A DNA stretch of 64,000 nt from Eledone cirrhosa (lineage: Eukaryota): assembly GCA_964016885.1 (NCBI GenBank), contig OZ024746.1, forward strand, positions 33,046,001 to 33,110,000, in the 5' to 3' direction. The notes below the pieces were generated by a model. It made no database searches. It had not been told where the DNA came from and worked only from the letters and a program-made list of their open reading frames with translations. Positions 46,433 to 63,522 of the stretch are shown piece by piece (the first letter of the stretch is position 1; every line of letters begins with the position of its first letter). The position numbers and the translations under genes were made by a program.

Positions 46433-47158
46433 TTCAGAACTAACTACTAGATAGAGGATTCCCGTTGGCATGACAACATTGATATATTTTGGGAATTTCT
46501 AAAATTGAAATTATTGTCATTTGAACTGTATTTTAACTGTTGTTATTGTTAGAGCTATTGTTTACTCTGTTGTGGCAGTTATTATTCGTGTTGCTGCTCT
46601 TTATTTGATACATTGTATAGTCTGTCTCGGTTGAACACATCTGTAACTCTGTTTGAATGAGTGAGTGAGTCAGAGTACAAAAGTAACAGATACGGAAACC
46701 GGAACCAAGAAACGCCCTACTAAGTGAACTTTTATAAGTTTGCAGGAACAGGAACAGTAAATTCAAAATATTCCCCTTTTCTTATAAATATTCCACCAAT
46801 GATCCAAATTACCGACTAGAAATACAGGCATTGTTTACGAAGAAATTTACTCCGAATCTAAATCTTTATAGCTCATACACATGGACATTCCGGTTTGTAT
46901 ACCCTTTAATATAAACTAAATTTTGTATTTCTATAAATCTTGTGAAAGACAGGAGAGCTATACACAAGGCTTTATTGTTATATTTTTACCTAACTGATAA
47001 GCAGTGTTTTATACGTAGAGCAATCATAGGGTGTGGATAGGTATGTGTGTATGTCAGTGAATGTGTCACACACTCACACGCACACGTGTATATAGTTCGA
47101 GAAATCCTTAGGTGTGTGTATGTATATATATGTGTGTAAGTGTACACCCCCCCACACA

Positions 47159-47202
<44 letters not shown>

Positions 47203-48137
47203 AATACAATATCGGAGAAAGCTTTTTAGCGATACTCCGGCCAAATTCCAACTCACTCAACAAACATTAGGAAATAAGTGATTATATTCCCAATTATGTG
47301 TTTCGGGGTGCTAACTAAAAGTATTGCGTGGAAAATTGGCTGTATTATTTCAAATGAGACATATTTAATATCTCTTCCCAGACGGACGTCTCGTTTCATT
47401 ATAGGATTCCTACAATTTGGGTGAAATTATACCAATTAATGTAGGAGCTTGTATACCATCAATAGATATATATTCAAGTGGGCTCCTATAATTGATCAGT
47501 GGGTGCCCCAATAATACTAATATTGATAATCTAACCAACATCAGCATTTAGCGATAATCACTTTCTGTGCCTGAGGTATCTGTCAGGTTGCCAGTCCAGC
47601 AGTTCTGAAAGAAGTGCTCGAACTGATTCAAAAATGAGGAAGTGAATTACCGCCAAAAAATATATATATATACACACACACATACCATCAAAGGCTGGTG
47701 CGAAAATGTTTGAGGGCAGATATCTACATGATGTGCATGCATTCGAATAAAGTCTCACTTTCCACATATAGTGAGTTGGAAAAATTCCAATCAACCGAGA
47801 CTGTCCTTGCAATTTCAAGGTAGAAACTCCTTTTAGAGATATCTATGTAAGACGAAGTACACAAAGAGAGACATTCTATAGCCTCGCTTGATCCAAAACT
47901 TTTGGAAGAATATCAGTCAATGCAGTTGGAGTTGGCATCCTGATCCCTGAAATTATAGGCACCGTGCCAATACATGCTATTTCTCGTATTTCTTTATAAT
48001 GTTACCTGAAATATTGTTACAAAAGAACGAAATGCATTATAGCAGTTATATTGTTCGCAGCATAACAGTAGTTGTCTTTGTCACCGTCACCTAACTTATA
48101 TCTAGTTAAAGGGATTTGAGCAGTATATAAAATGAAT

Positions 48138-48214
<77 letters not shown>

Positions 48215-48221
48215 CATACAT

Positions 48222-48401
<180 letters not shown>

Positions 48402-48440
48402 GTATATATATATATGTATATACATACACACACACATATA

Positions 48441-48472
<32 letters not shown>

Positions 48473-48499
48473 TGATAGATTTCTCATGCGTAAATACTA

Positions 48500-48532
<33 letters not shown>

Positions 48533-48847
48533 TTACATATGTTTCACAGATGTTTGGCTTCAGGAGTTTCCAGGAGAAAAATGATTCGATTGATTTCACA
48601 CGTCTGAAGTGCAGATTGATACTGGAGTCCGGTATATCGTATCGATAATACCCCAGAGCCAATCATCTATGAAACATATCTAACGTTCAATATCCAAAAA
48701 AAAAAAAAAAAAACAATTTAAAGTGAAACTTAGTTCTCTCATACATGCGGAACATTTACAGTCACCTGTAACATTAATTGCTCATACTGATGTAGACTCC
48801 AGGAATCAACAAAATTACTGCACCACATACATTATATATGCATACAG

Positions 48848-49580
48848 GGCGGTGAATTGGCAGTATCGGTAGAGAGTTGGACGCCATACTTTCTAGCATA
48901 GTTACGTCCCTTTACAGTCTGAGTTCAAATCTCGCCGAGGTTAACTTTGCCTTACATCCTTACGGGGTCGATAAAAGAAAGTACCAGTAATGTACTGGGT
49001 AATTTGCTGGCCTTGTGCCTAACGTATAAACAATTATATATGCATACAATAATAATTGTTTCTACTTTTGGCACAAGGCCAGCAATTACTCAGTGCATTA
49101 CTGGTACTTTATTTTATCGACTCCGTAAGGATGAAAAGGCAAAGTTAACTTCGGCGGGAGGTAACTCTATGTTTCAAAGCATGGCGTCCGACCCTCTATC
49201 GATACTGCCAATCTACCGCCTATGCATACAATAATAATAATGATTTGTTATTTAGGCACAAGGCCAGCAATTGGGGGGGGGGGGGGGGGGAGTCGATGAA
49301 ATTGACCCCAATACGTGACTGGTACAATAATAATAATGATGATTGTTTCTACTTTTGGTACAAGACCAGCAGTTAGTCTAGTTCATTACTGATGCTTTAT
49401 TTTATCGACCCCGTAAGGATGAAAGGCATAGCTAACATCGGCGGGATTTGAACTCAGAACGTAAAGGGCCATAACTCTATTCTGAAAAGCATTAGGGGAG
49501 GAGGAAATCGATTAAATCGCCTGCAGTGCATTACGGGTATTTTATTTTATTGACCCCGTAAGGATAAAAGGCAAAGCTAA
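48848..49580. mobile_element. Cluster of tRNA-SINEs in both orientations
   Basis: + copy 48848-49032 with TSD attatatatgcataca; - copies 49056-49220, 49240-49325 and 49342-49580. Confidence 0.8.
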
Positions 49581-50884
49581 TTACCTAAATCTTTATGGTG
49601 GTTGTCTGTAGTTGAGGGATTTTTAGCTGCTATTTATAGGATGTTAAGCGACCACGTTTAATACCTATGTATTAACTGTACAGTTATCCACTATTAGACA
49701 GCGATATATGTTAATGAGCAGCTTCCAGTAAATGATGTGCAAAGCGGAATTGTTGCATAAAACACCAGAAGGCAACGAATGAGTCATTAATTAAACATTC
49801 TATCCGAATATTAGACATTTCTCTTATGGCAATGACAACATGCATAATACCATAAGTGCTTAATCATTTTCTCTATTAGTAGAAATACTTAGTAGAAATA
49901 TTCTAGCTTGTCACTCTGAGTTAAGAAGTCATTACAGGGTGGGTGACTCAAAAATAATTGGCCTCATTTTTATTTTTCTTTATATTATTCTTTTCTTGAA
50001 AAAAAGAACTGATGAAAATTCGTATATATTTAGTTTAAAACTTTAAAAGCTACCAAAAATACATTATTTGAATGAATGAATGTTCAAAACTGAATTTGAG
50101 TATAAGTGGTGAGCCTTGATACTTAGGAGTTTCACCCGCGCATTTAAACGTCAGACAAATCTAAATATGCAATAAAAGAGACTGTAAAAGTCGGGAAAAG
50201 TCAGGGGAAGAGGTGGGTGATTTCGAATGGGTGTGTAGGGCAGGAAAAAGGGGATTTATGAAAAAAGAGAGGTCAGGCAAATGGAAGTAAAGAGAAAAAC
50301 TAAGAGAAATACGAAAGACATGGACATAGTATGTGCGATGATGATGATGATGATGATGAAGATGATGATAATAATAAAGTTAATGATAGGAATTAGTATG
50401 ATTTGCAAAAGTGGGGAAGTTTCAGGTGATGATGATGATGAATAGTGTAAATAAGATGAATAGAAAATAACTTGGGTGTCTATATATATATATATATAAA
50501 TTCATAGGGATATATGTATATATTTAGACATATATTTAGACATAGTCACAGATACATATATGAGTGTGGCTACCTTTCACGGTGTGGCTCAATGAAAAAT
50601 TTAATTAAGCAAATAATTATTAATCAGAGCTATATATAAAATTGCAAGTTTGAAGAATTATTAGATAAAATATACTCAATCTTTCTTCAGCCTATTCCGT
50701 AGAAATCAACTAGATAAATAATCAATATATATCAATTGGTTAAGGTGAATAAAATATTTACTGAAAATGAAAAATATTTACTTAAATATTTCTAACGAGT
50801 CGAAAACCATTTTCACTCTCAAATGTTTCGATGATCTTTTTGATGATGCCTTCTAACCACATCTCAGTACTGATGGCACACATA

Positions 50885-50977
50885 CAGGGAGTCCCGCAAA
50901 AATGTATACACAATTCAACAGCATTCTAATAAATATTGCCTAATCAAAGTATGTATACATTTTTGTGGGACACCCTG
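50885..50977. mobile_element. Tc1/mariner-type MITE
   Basis: ~26-bp TIR cagggagtcccgcaaaaatgtataca / tgtatacatttttgtgggacaccctg with TA flanks. Confidence 0.75.
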
Positions 50978-51934
50978 TATATCAAATGCTTCATTAGTCC
51001 CAGGTCATTTCTAACTGAGTAGACATGTGATTAATAACGTTCAAATTAATAACGTCCCATCTGTTTCTATGTAAAGTCCTAAGATTATATTGGCGAATAT
51101 TTTGTTATTTTTATTTTGGATGATGGAGTCTGATTTCCAGGAATGTGGTACATAGATCTGTTAATCACACTGGCCAAAGAGATTTTACATATTTTCCACT
51201 GTATAAGTGTCATTGTTTATACTATATTAATGTAGATATAGCGATAAATGGAATTTCACTCCAATTGTCTATTTTAAAGTGTCACCATATATTTTCGAGT
51301 GTGTTATTTGTTAAATTTTACACGCAAGTGTGACATTCAAGTGTTATCTCCCATCAACGATGAGAAATATCATCTAAAAAACATTATTTTGTTTGCAATC
51401 TACATATCCAAGAAATATAATTAAAATAATTTTAAAGAAAACAACTTGAGGTTAGATATATACTTATAGAAATATTTCGCGGAACAATGACTCTACTTTC
51501 GCCAATACAGAAATACGGATTCAGAATAGTATTATACACACACACATACAAAAACACCAGCACACACACACACACACACACAGACACACACACATATATA
51601 TATATATATATATGTGTGTATGTGTGCGTGTGCGTGCGGGCGCATGTATATATATATATATATGGCCATATGTGAATGCTTATATAAGCAGGTGCAGTAA
51701 AGGCAAATAATAATCTTTTGTTTCTCCACGAATCTGAAAATCTTAAACCAACGGGAGGAAGAAATTTCCCATAAAGCAAAATACTTCTTAATACTCCAAA
51801 TCTTTCCATTCCTTTACGCTTTTCCATTTACAGAACTATTTTTGGTTAACTACGATTCACTTTTATGTAGATTGAATAAAAGATTGCATGCATGCATGCG
51901 TGCATGTATGTATGTATATATTTATGTATGTATG

Positions 51935-52560
51935 TTCTTCTGGTTTTATAAGTTCACAAATTTTTGCCTATAGAGTGAGAGTAGGTTTCTAATATAGACA
52001 CAAGACTCTCTCATTGGAATTTACACAACATCAACTAGGTAGATATGTATGTATGTCTGCATGCATGCATGTGTAGATATGGATGTTATTGTATGAGTGG
52101 ATGTGTATGTTTTGAGTTGTATGTGTGCATGTGTATATGCTTAGTATCTGTACATGTGTATATGCAGTTATTAGATGCAACATTTTCGGAATGTTTTACA
52201 TATTTTTACTGTTCCATTAATGAATTGTACTTGTAATTTCCTAAATAGTTGTGTTCTTTCTGTTCCTGTGAAGCCCACCTTCTCAAGATTTGTATTGAGG
52301 CAGTTACTAACATATCCCAGTGCCCCAATAATCACAGACATAAATCTGAAGGTATAATCAGGGTGGAGTATCTGCAGATTTCTCCTCAGTTCTGCATACA
52401 TATTCTCCTTTTCGCTAATCTTTGATATTATATTGGCATCTGCTAGACAGCTAACTTCCACTACTGTGCATGCTTTCTTCTCCCTGTCCCATATCCTAAT
52501 ATCTGGTCTGTTGTGCTTGCATTTTATTGGGGTTTTTACTGAAACATTCCACCAGTACTC
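51935..52560 (-). mobile_element. REL-endonuclease non-LTR retrotransposon 3' fragment in (CATA)n
   Basis: HNRPDI..WD.....VVEVSC..D....K..EK...Y..L..IIGALG (PD-(D/E)xK type); (atgt)n on both sides. Confidence 0.8.
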
Positions 52561-52691
52561 TATGTATGTATGTATGTATGTATGTATGTATGTATGTATG
52601 TATGTATGTATGTATGTATGTATGTATGTATACACACACATATGTATATATTCTATGTGTATATATATATGTATATACATACACACACACA

Positions 52692-52742
<51 letters not shown>

Positions 52743-52746
<4 letters not shown>

Positions 52747-53274
52747 AGTGTAATTTTCTACACAAAACGAAGGTTATAGAGAAAATTGAGGTTGGTAATG
52801 GCACATGGAATATATGAGACAGAATACTTTTTTGTAAAAAAACATAATTTTATAAGGTAAGGAAATAATAAAGGGTATAAAAAATGACCGGTTTCGATGG
52901 GTCTGCAAAAGCCATCTTTTCAAATGTTGATTAATATTAAGAAAAATTAATAATACGAAGAGTTAAAACTTGAGATTTGAAAATTCAAGTATAAAATTCA
53001 TTGTGGGATTTCATAGCAGTTTTCATCTAGGTAGCAACAACAGGTTGACTGCTGTGTCCCTTTCTGGTAGTGAATGAGAAGTTATTTGGGGTGTGGGTTA
53101 TTTTATAAAGGTCAGATTTAGCAATCGTCAACTGGCCAGCTGCTGGTCAGTGAGGAGGTGGAAGCAATATACATACACATATCTTCCTGTGGTGGGTAGG
53201 AGAGTAGAGCGTGATAGTAAGGGATTTAGTGCACTTACACCTATATATACACACATACCTTCACCCACACATAC

Positions 53275-53307
<33 letters not shown>

Positions 53308-53392
53308 TATATATATATATATATACATATACACACATACATACACACACATATACATATACATACACACATACACACACATATATACACAT

Positions 53393-53449
<57 letters not shown>

Positions 53450-55990
53450 TATATATACATACACATACATCCAGATACACACATACATACACACACACAC
53501 ACACACATATACACATACACCCACACACAGAGAAATGGCCTCCAAATATATATATATATATACATACAGACACATATATTTTTTCCATAATATAAGAAGT
53601 TGGGACAGTGAAATTAAAATACAAGTCATTCTGATCACATTGAGTTCTTCATGTAGATTGGGCCCCGCAACCGACAGTGGTGAATTCTGTGTGCGCATAT
53701 ATATATAGATATATGTGTGTGCACGTGCAGGGTTTAACATGGATGTGTTGGTCACACAAAGGCATGGTCTGTCAACGAATAAACCTGATTCTACAGAATT
53801 GGTCTCTGGTCTTTAATAGTAGTGATTCCGTGCGTATGTGTGTTTATATTTTATGACAATTCTATTGGGGTGATAACCCGTTTAGTTTTGGTTTAAATTT
53901 GTTAAGGAATAGATTTTCTTTGTTTATTCTTTGTTGCTGTGTGAACGAATCTGAGCACTTGTAGAAGGGAAAGATTTTAAAGTTGGGTAGTGTCATTCCT
54001 GCGCAGTTCGCAATATGGCTGCTCAAGGGGATTTTTCTTGTGTTAGCGTCCCGGATTTGTTGGCGGTGGATGGTCATTCGTTTGCGTAATGAGGTGCCCG
54101 TCTGTCCTATGTAGTTGTGTTTGCACCCACCGCAAGTTATTGCGTAAATCAAGTTCTCCGAGTTGCAGGTGAAATTGTTTTTTACTGTAAATGTTTGGCC
54201 ATCTTTGAATGTAAATGTTTGTCCTTCAGTGAGGTAGAGGCACGTTCCACAGTTTGTTCTACCACATTTGGTAACTGTAGGGTTGAGGATTGGTTTGGGT
54301 ATATTTGTTCCAGTGAGAATGCGTTTAAGTGATTTGGGTTGTCTTTTACTTTTAAGGATCTTGTGTGTTTCAAGAATAGACTTCATTTTTACATCTTTAA
54401 GTAGGATGGGGAGGTTTTTGTGTAGGTGATCAAACATTTCGGTATTTCTGGGGTTGAAAGTGGATACATATGGCAGGGTGTTTAGTGTGGTTTTCTGTTT
54501 TGGATTGTTAAGTTGATGGGGATTTAGGTGTTTTGCCCTGTCTATTCCATTGTTGATTATTTCAAGTGGAAAGGCTCTTAAGATAAGGGTGTCTTTTAGT
54601 TCCTTTAGTCTTTGCTCCCGTTCAGGTGGATCTGATACTATGGTACATATACGTTTGGCCAAATTGTAAGGAATGTTAAGTTTTGTATGTTTTGGGTGAC
54701 TTGATGTGAAAAAGAGGTATTGCTTGGAATCTGTGGGTTTATAGAATATATCTGTATCTAATTTCCCGTCTATTACAGAGATGAGAATATCCAAGAAGGC
54801 TAATTCCTTAGGATTGGATTCCATTGTGAATTGTATGTTATTATCTATGTTGTTTATCATGTTTTTAAACGTAGTAAGTGAGTTCATGTCTTCTTGCCAT
54901 AGGATAAAGCAGTCATCTAGATATCTTTTCCAATTGGCTTTGAGGTGTGTGTGGAAAGAGTCTCCAAATAAGAGAAGAGACTGACTGTATATTTGTTGTT
55001 CATGGAATCCCATGACTCGGTTGGCATATGTGGGTGCTACTTTCGTGCCCATTGCCGTACCTGATACTTGTCTGTATGTTGAACCATTGAATGTGAAGTA
55101 GTTATTTTGTAGGATAAAGCGGAGTCCGTCAGTGATAAAATCTGTGTTGATGCGTGTCGGTATTTCTGATGGGTGTGTGTTAAGCCAGTATTGGACTGCT
55201 GTTATTCCATAGTTGTGAGGTATGTTTGTGTAGAGGTTTATTACGTCAAAGGAGACAAGAATTGTATTTGCACTTACTGTTTTAGGGAGGTGTTTCAGCA
55301 TGTCAAGGTCATCTCGTATGTAGCTCTGTATATGTTGTAGAAAGGGTTTCAGTAGGATGTCCAGAAAGTTGCTAAGTCTGTGGGTTTCACATGTAGGGCC
55401 TGCTATAATTGGCCTGAGTTTTAGGTCTTCTGGTGGTGTTAGTTCAATGTAATTGTTGGTTGAGGTGTCACATGCATCGTTTATGGGTTTACATTTGTGG
55501 AGTTTCGGTAAGCCGTAAAAAGAGCTTGTATTGCATTTGAAGTGGCTTATATAGTTAAACTCTTTTGTGGTTAAGCTGTTGCGGTATTTATTCAGTAAGG
55601 TCAAAAGGTTCCCCATTGTTTTGGTGTGTTTGTAGTTTTCTGTTTTTTCATAGTATGTGTTGTTTTCTAAAATGTTAAGTGCGAGGGTCCTATAGTAGTC
55701 CGTATTCATAATGACAACAGTACTGCCTTTATCGGCTTCTTTGATAGTTATCTCAGGGTTGTTTCTAAGTGTGAATAATTCTTCCCATTCGTGTGTAGAT
55801 AGGTTTGATTTCGTGTGTTTATTTGTAATTTTTTCATAGGGAAAGTTGGTGATGTGTTCGCAGTACGTGTCCAGTGCTTTATTTCTTCCCTTTTGTGGGC
55901 AGAAATTGCTTTTATTTCTAACCAGTGATTCGTCTTCAGTGTTGGTGTCGTTGTGGAAGAATTCCGTTAGTCTCAGCTTTTGAAAGAAAT
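52743..55990 (-). mobile_element. Second Neptune-like PLE, 5'-truncated
   Basis: ORF 53862-56018 plus a 3' region ending at (TA)n; the link to the 3' terminus is inferred from position. Confidence 0.8.
52881..52928 (-). ncRNA. Hammerhead ribozyme, U3-A8 core variant
   Basis: AACAU-UUGAAAA-GAUGG..CCAUC-GAAA-CCGG-UC-AUUUU. Confidence 0.6.
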
Positions 55991-56018
55991 CCATCTGTTT
56001 GTTGTTTCTTTTTTTCAT
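53862..56018 (-). CDS. PLE RT + GIY-YIG (the first ~10 codons are probably flank)
   Basis: ADKG, YGLPKLHK, FDVINLYTNI, GTAMGT, RYLDD, LIY..C..C..YIGQT. Confidence 0.92.
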   Translation of the reverse strand: MKKRNNKQMDFFQKLRLTEFFHNDTNTEDESLVRNKSNFCPQKGRNKALDTYCEHITNFPYEKITNKHTKSNLSTHEWEELFTLRNNPEITIKEADKGSTVVIMNTDYYRTLALNILENNTYYEKTENYKHTKTMGNLLTLLNKYRNSLTTKEFNYISHFKCNTSSFYGLPKLHKCKPINDACDTSTNNYIELTPPEDLKLRPIIAGPTCETHRLSNFLDILLKPFLQHIQSYIRDDLDMLKHLPKTVSANTILVSFDVINLYTNIPHNYGITAVQYWLNTHPSEIPTRINTDFITDGLRFILQNNYFTFNGSTYRQVSGTAMGTKVAPTYANRVMGFHEQQIYSQSLLLFGDSFHTHLKANWKRYLDDCFILWQEDMNSLTTFKNMINNIDNNIQFTMESNPKELAFLDILISVIDGKLDTDIFYKPTDSKQYLFFTSSHPKHTKLNIPYNLAKRICTIVSDPPEREQRLKELKDTLILRAFPLEIINNGIDRAKHLNPHQLNNPKQKTTLNTLPYVSTFNPRNTEMFDHLHKNLPILLKDVKMKSILETHKILKSKRQPKSLKRILTGTNIPKPILNPTVTKCGRTNCGTCLYLTEGQTFTFKDGQTFTVKNNFTCNSENLIYAITCGGCKHNYIGQTGTSLRKRMTIHRQQIRDANTRKIPLSSHIANCAGMTLPNFKIFPFYKCSDSFTQQQRINKENLFLNKFKPKLNGLSPQ

Positions 56019-56779
56019 TTTCCTCGCTATAATGGTTGACTAAGAAATCAATAATGTACTGGAGGTTAGAATGCATCTTTATCTACGTTTTACGGTGTGG
56101 GTTTTCTCATGAAACTCATTTTCTTTCTAAGTATATATTTATAAATAGGGAGAAAGAATCATTCGGAGTGTATGCATGATACTTGTATACAGAGCTATAT
56201 GGAATACATTTTGATAATTATATGGATGTGCAATGTTAGTGTGCAAGAACGAAGAATCATGCAAGCACTGAAGAAGAAAGGAATGCATTGGTATCTTTTA
56301 TAATAGTGATGATAGTGATGCTGGTTAGTAGAGATATTGTGTATAGTGCTCATAATGGTTCTGGTGGAGTATTTGTTGATGGTAAGGCAGTGAAATGTCT
56401 AATGTGGTTTAATGATAACAGTAGTGGAATAGAAGATGTTAGGGGCAGTAAAAGCTTTGGCTTTAGAGCTGTTGCAAGGTTGTAAATTAATAAGTGCCTA
56501 ATGATGACTATTTACAAACAATATCATGATCTTCGTTATCGAAGCTACCGTCACAATAACAAGCACCATCATCAACTTCCATTTGTCGTCATAATCAGAA
56601 CCACACCCACTCGCACTATCATCACCATCGACAACGATAACTCCATTAACGCCACCATCATTTTCATCATCACTATCAAGATCACCGCCTTTCACTACTA
56701 CAGCAGCTAAAATAAACCATACCTTAATCCAATAGTAGCCTTATCACTCCATAATTTCATAGATATTGCTATTTGGCTA

Positions 56780-56990
56780 TCACCATCTTCTCCAGTATAA
56801 TCAAGACTATCAAGAAGGGTAAACGTAGATGTCTCAGAGACAGCAAGTGGAGTATCAGAGCAACAGAGTAGATACCAAGCAGTAGAGAAGAACCAAATTG
56901 TGCAACTATCTGACGTTAACTCCACATGGCCTGATTTGGCAAGAGATAGGAAGCGGTCGCGGTCCACCATGGACGGGTTCCTCTAAAAGG
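56780..56990 (+). mobile_element. Possible eroded LINE 3' end
   Basis: W.DLARDR..SR-like peptide resembling an RTE C-terminus. Confidence 0.3.
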
Positions 56991-57626
56991 AGTGAGAAGG
57001 CTCTGGATTTTGGATTTTAGATCATCTCCAAAATCAACAGCCTTCATAAATCTAAACTTTATCTATCATCATGTTTTCCAATGCCAAAATGAACCCCAGC
57101 GCATTTTTCATCAACGTTATAAACACCTCCGCAGTCATTATCTTTTTTGTGGTTGACGAAAAAATTAGGGTGAATTTCGCTTAGAATCTATTATTATTCC
57201 TTCACTTACTATCTCGAGTATGTCTCTGATAATAATCCATACTAAGAAATGGCTTTATTTTACAAATGCGTTCATATAAAAACAAAACATACCACGAAAA
57301 GGGAAAAAAGAAAATGAAAAGATTGAAAGAAAACAAGATTAATTATCTTTTGTGCACAACTAATACGGTAACTCACTCCTCTATGGGTACGTGCGTACGT
57401 GTATGCGGTAGTGTGTCTGTGTGCGTGTGCGGATGTAGTCCTTTTGAACATCCAAGTGAGCTTGCTATTCTGTGTCACAGCTGCAACTGAACGCGAAAAC
57501 TCTACCCTTCGGTTAGAAATGAATGGCTATGTTATATTACATACACTCCCCGCATGCTCGTTCCACCCCCCTCTCTCTCTTTATCTCATTCTCTTTCATA
57601 CCCTCTCTCTCACGCACACACACACA

Positions 57627-57693
<67 letters not shown>

Positions 57694-57697
<4 letters not shown>

Positions 57698-58144
57698 ATT
57701 AAATAAATGGAAACTATATTTATAAAACCATATTTATTTCGTTATATATATTTCAGGGATATCATATTAACAATATGTTATGCCATCTTCAGACAAAATA
57801 CAATATAAACAGTCTTATAAATAAATAGATACGACATACCTTTCAATCACCTTGCATTTGGGAGGTTGATTTGGCAGATCAACCTCCCAAATGCAAGGTG
57901 ATTGAAAGGTATGTCGTATCTATTTATTTATAAGACTGTTTATATTGTATTTTGTCTGAAGATGGCATAATATATTGTTAATATGATATCCCTGAAATAT
58001 ATATAACGAAATAAATATGGTTTTATAAATATAGTTTCCATTTATTTAATATCATAAATATACTCCAAATACTTGTTGAGTGCTTTTATATCAGTTATAA
58101 ATATTTACTCGTTGTTAACCCAACAATTTAAATATAACTTTCCA
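57694..58144 (+). mobile_element. ORF-less fold-back copy of the 15840-19549 pseudo-LTR
   Basis: Arms 57694-57870 and 57878-58054, right arm extends to 58144; near-identical to 15840-16108. Confidence 0.9.
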
Positions 58145-58475
58145 TATATATATATATATATATATATATTTATGTATGTATGTTTATATAAAACTGCCGC
58201 AATAATGAACTCGTAAATAAATTCCTTCATTTGGAAGCAAATCTGTTTTCTGTGCTAACAGTTAGCTCTGCTTGCAACTGCTCGTTCTGATGACAGCGTA
58301 GGTGTCAGAAACGGCTTCTTCTCACATACATATTTGACTCAAAGTGGCTTCAAGTTTCAATACTGATTCTAAAGCACTTGAAATATATACATACCCTTCG
58401 GTATGATATAATCTTATATTTTGGCATGTAATATTCATGTTAAAAATTGTTTGTAACCCCATATATAAGTGAAGC

Positions 58476-58744
58476 CGCATGGCCTACTGGTTAAAATGTT
58501 TGGCGTACGTTTGTAATGTCGTCGGTTCGATTCCTAGCCAGGCTGCTGCGGTGTGTTCTTGAGCAAAACACTTTATTTCACGTTGTTCCGGTGAGTTCTA
58601 GCAGTAACTGGGGAATTAAACCTGCGATAGGTCAGCGTCATATCCAGGGAGGTTATTCTACTCTTAGTCTCTTAGCGCCAAGGAAACTGGTGATAATCAC
58701 CGGCTTATTGACTCTTTGGGTTAAAACAGACTTTAACTTTAACC
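58476..58744 (+). mobile_element. tRNA-derived CORE-like SINE
   Basis: A box tggcctactgg, B box ggttcgattcc, gtgttcttgagcaaaacactt core, ctttaa tail. Confidence 0.65.
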
Positions 58745-59621
58745 ATATATATTTTGAACAATGATTTAAACAAACTAATTTTCTGTTTCCTCGCAAACAA
58801 CACCATCACCGTAAATACTACATCATTTCTTTAACAATCCTACCACATTTTGTGGCGCAGAGGAGATTGTACGGTTATGTGACTAACTTCATTTGCCTCA
58901 TAAAACAGTATTTAGAAAGTTGTAAAATATTAAAACGAATATCACACGGAAAACAAAGTGAATAAGTAGTGTGCTTTCACAGGAATTTGACAACTCTATT
59001 TGAAGTAATTTCGTTATGGTATAATTGGCGCTGTTTAGCTTAAAACAGCCATAAATTACTGACGTTCCAGCGCCACTTTTCGTCTTGTGAGAAAGAGTCA
59101 ATTAGTACAATATTATCTACTATATCCTTATTGTTTCAATTTGTGATTTGATGGCAATTTGGCTACCATATCTTGCAGAATGATTGACAACATAGTGGCT
59201 GACTGTAAACCTGTCATAATCTTAGGATCTTAAAGCAAGCTAAAGACTGATAAGCATATCTAACAATGAACATCGCATTTCAATTTGTTCGGTTAAAATA
59301 TGAACTTCTTTTTGTTAGACTCTGAACTGATATTTATGATTAATAGAAAAGACGGTATGATCACTGTTGGAAACGATTCACTAAAATACTTGTTTCAGAA
59401 CACGTCTTTATCAACATGGGCATAGATTATGCAAACACTTATTCTTGATGTTGCCAACGATGGTGCTATTGCTGCTGCCATTGCTGCTGCTACTGCTGCT
59501 GTATTTCTAGTTGATATTGTTGCTGATTTTCACCCAAGTAAACACATGATGAAAAGAAATCACCCCTCCATTGGCCTTTCAGATATTACGAGCAACTAGG
59601 TTGATATTATACTATATACTA

Positions 59622-59802
59622 AGGGTGGTGGATTGCCAGTGTCGGTAGAGCGTCGGACATACTACTTCGAAGCATAGACTATACGTTCTGAGTTCAAATC
59701 ACACCGAGCTTAGCTTTGCCTTTCTGTGACTACTAGGATCGATTTAATCGACTTTCCCCTTCTCTTCAAATTGCTGGCCTTGTACCTATAGTAGAAACAA
59801 TT
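59622..59802 (+). mobile_element. tRNA-derived SINE
   Basis: Homologous to 63523-63710; TSD attatactatat. Confidence 0.8.
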
Positions 59803-60468
59803 ATACTATATGCCGCTGTACGCCTCCTTTATTTTTCGAATGTTTCAATGTGGAATGAAAAAGATTTGTTGTATTTCCTGGGCAGTATTTTATGCTATGC
59901 ACTACATACCTACATCGACTATCCGTTTATATTACTGGGTGTAATATGATGCATTATATAACCTTTTCAACAGAACTCACCATGTGTATGAATGGCTTAG
60001 AAGTTTAGATGTATATATCATCGTTTGTTTGTTTGCTTGTTTGTTTGCTTGCCTGCTTGTTTGTTTGTATGCATAAATGCATGCATGTATGTGTTATGTA
60101 TGAAAGTAAACATGTATGTTCATATGTACGTAAGTAGGTATGTTTGTAAGCATATATGTATATATGAATGATGCTATATGTATGTGTACATCCACAGGCA
60201 TCCATAGAATGGAGTAAATGAGTTGAATTTTTAATTTAATCTATGTATTAATCTCTTTCATCTCTCTCAATCTCTTTGTCTCTCCCCATCCCTCGTTATA
60301 CACTCACATATATATGTGTGCGTGTGTGTATATGTATTTATATATATATATATATATATACATATCTATGCATATATATACATATATATATATACATACA
60401 TATATATGTATATATATTTATATATATGTACATATATATATATATACATAAGTATATATATGTATATA

Positions 60469-63361
<2,893 letters not shown>

Positions 63362-63522
63362 TAATACAATAACAGAGATAGTTTAAAGCTAATCTCTGAC
63401 TGGTAACCATCTCACTCAACAAACATTAGGTTATATTTTAATATAAACCCAATTTAAGTGTTTGGGGTGCTAACAATATGTATTATGTGGAAAAGCCAGT
63501 TGTATTATTTTATGAGATATAA

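Noticed and set aside
47686-48005. Possible - strand exon (tttcag ... gtatgt)
   Set aside because: Stops in the frames examined and no recognisable protein; a non-coding exon cannot be supported without RNA data
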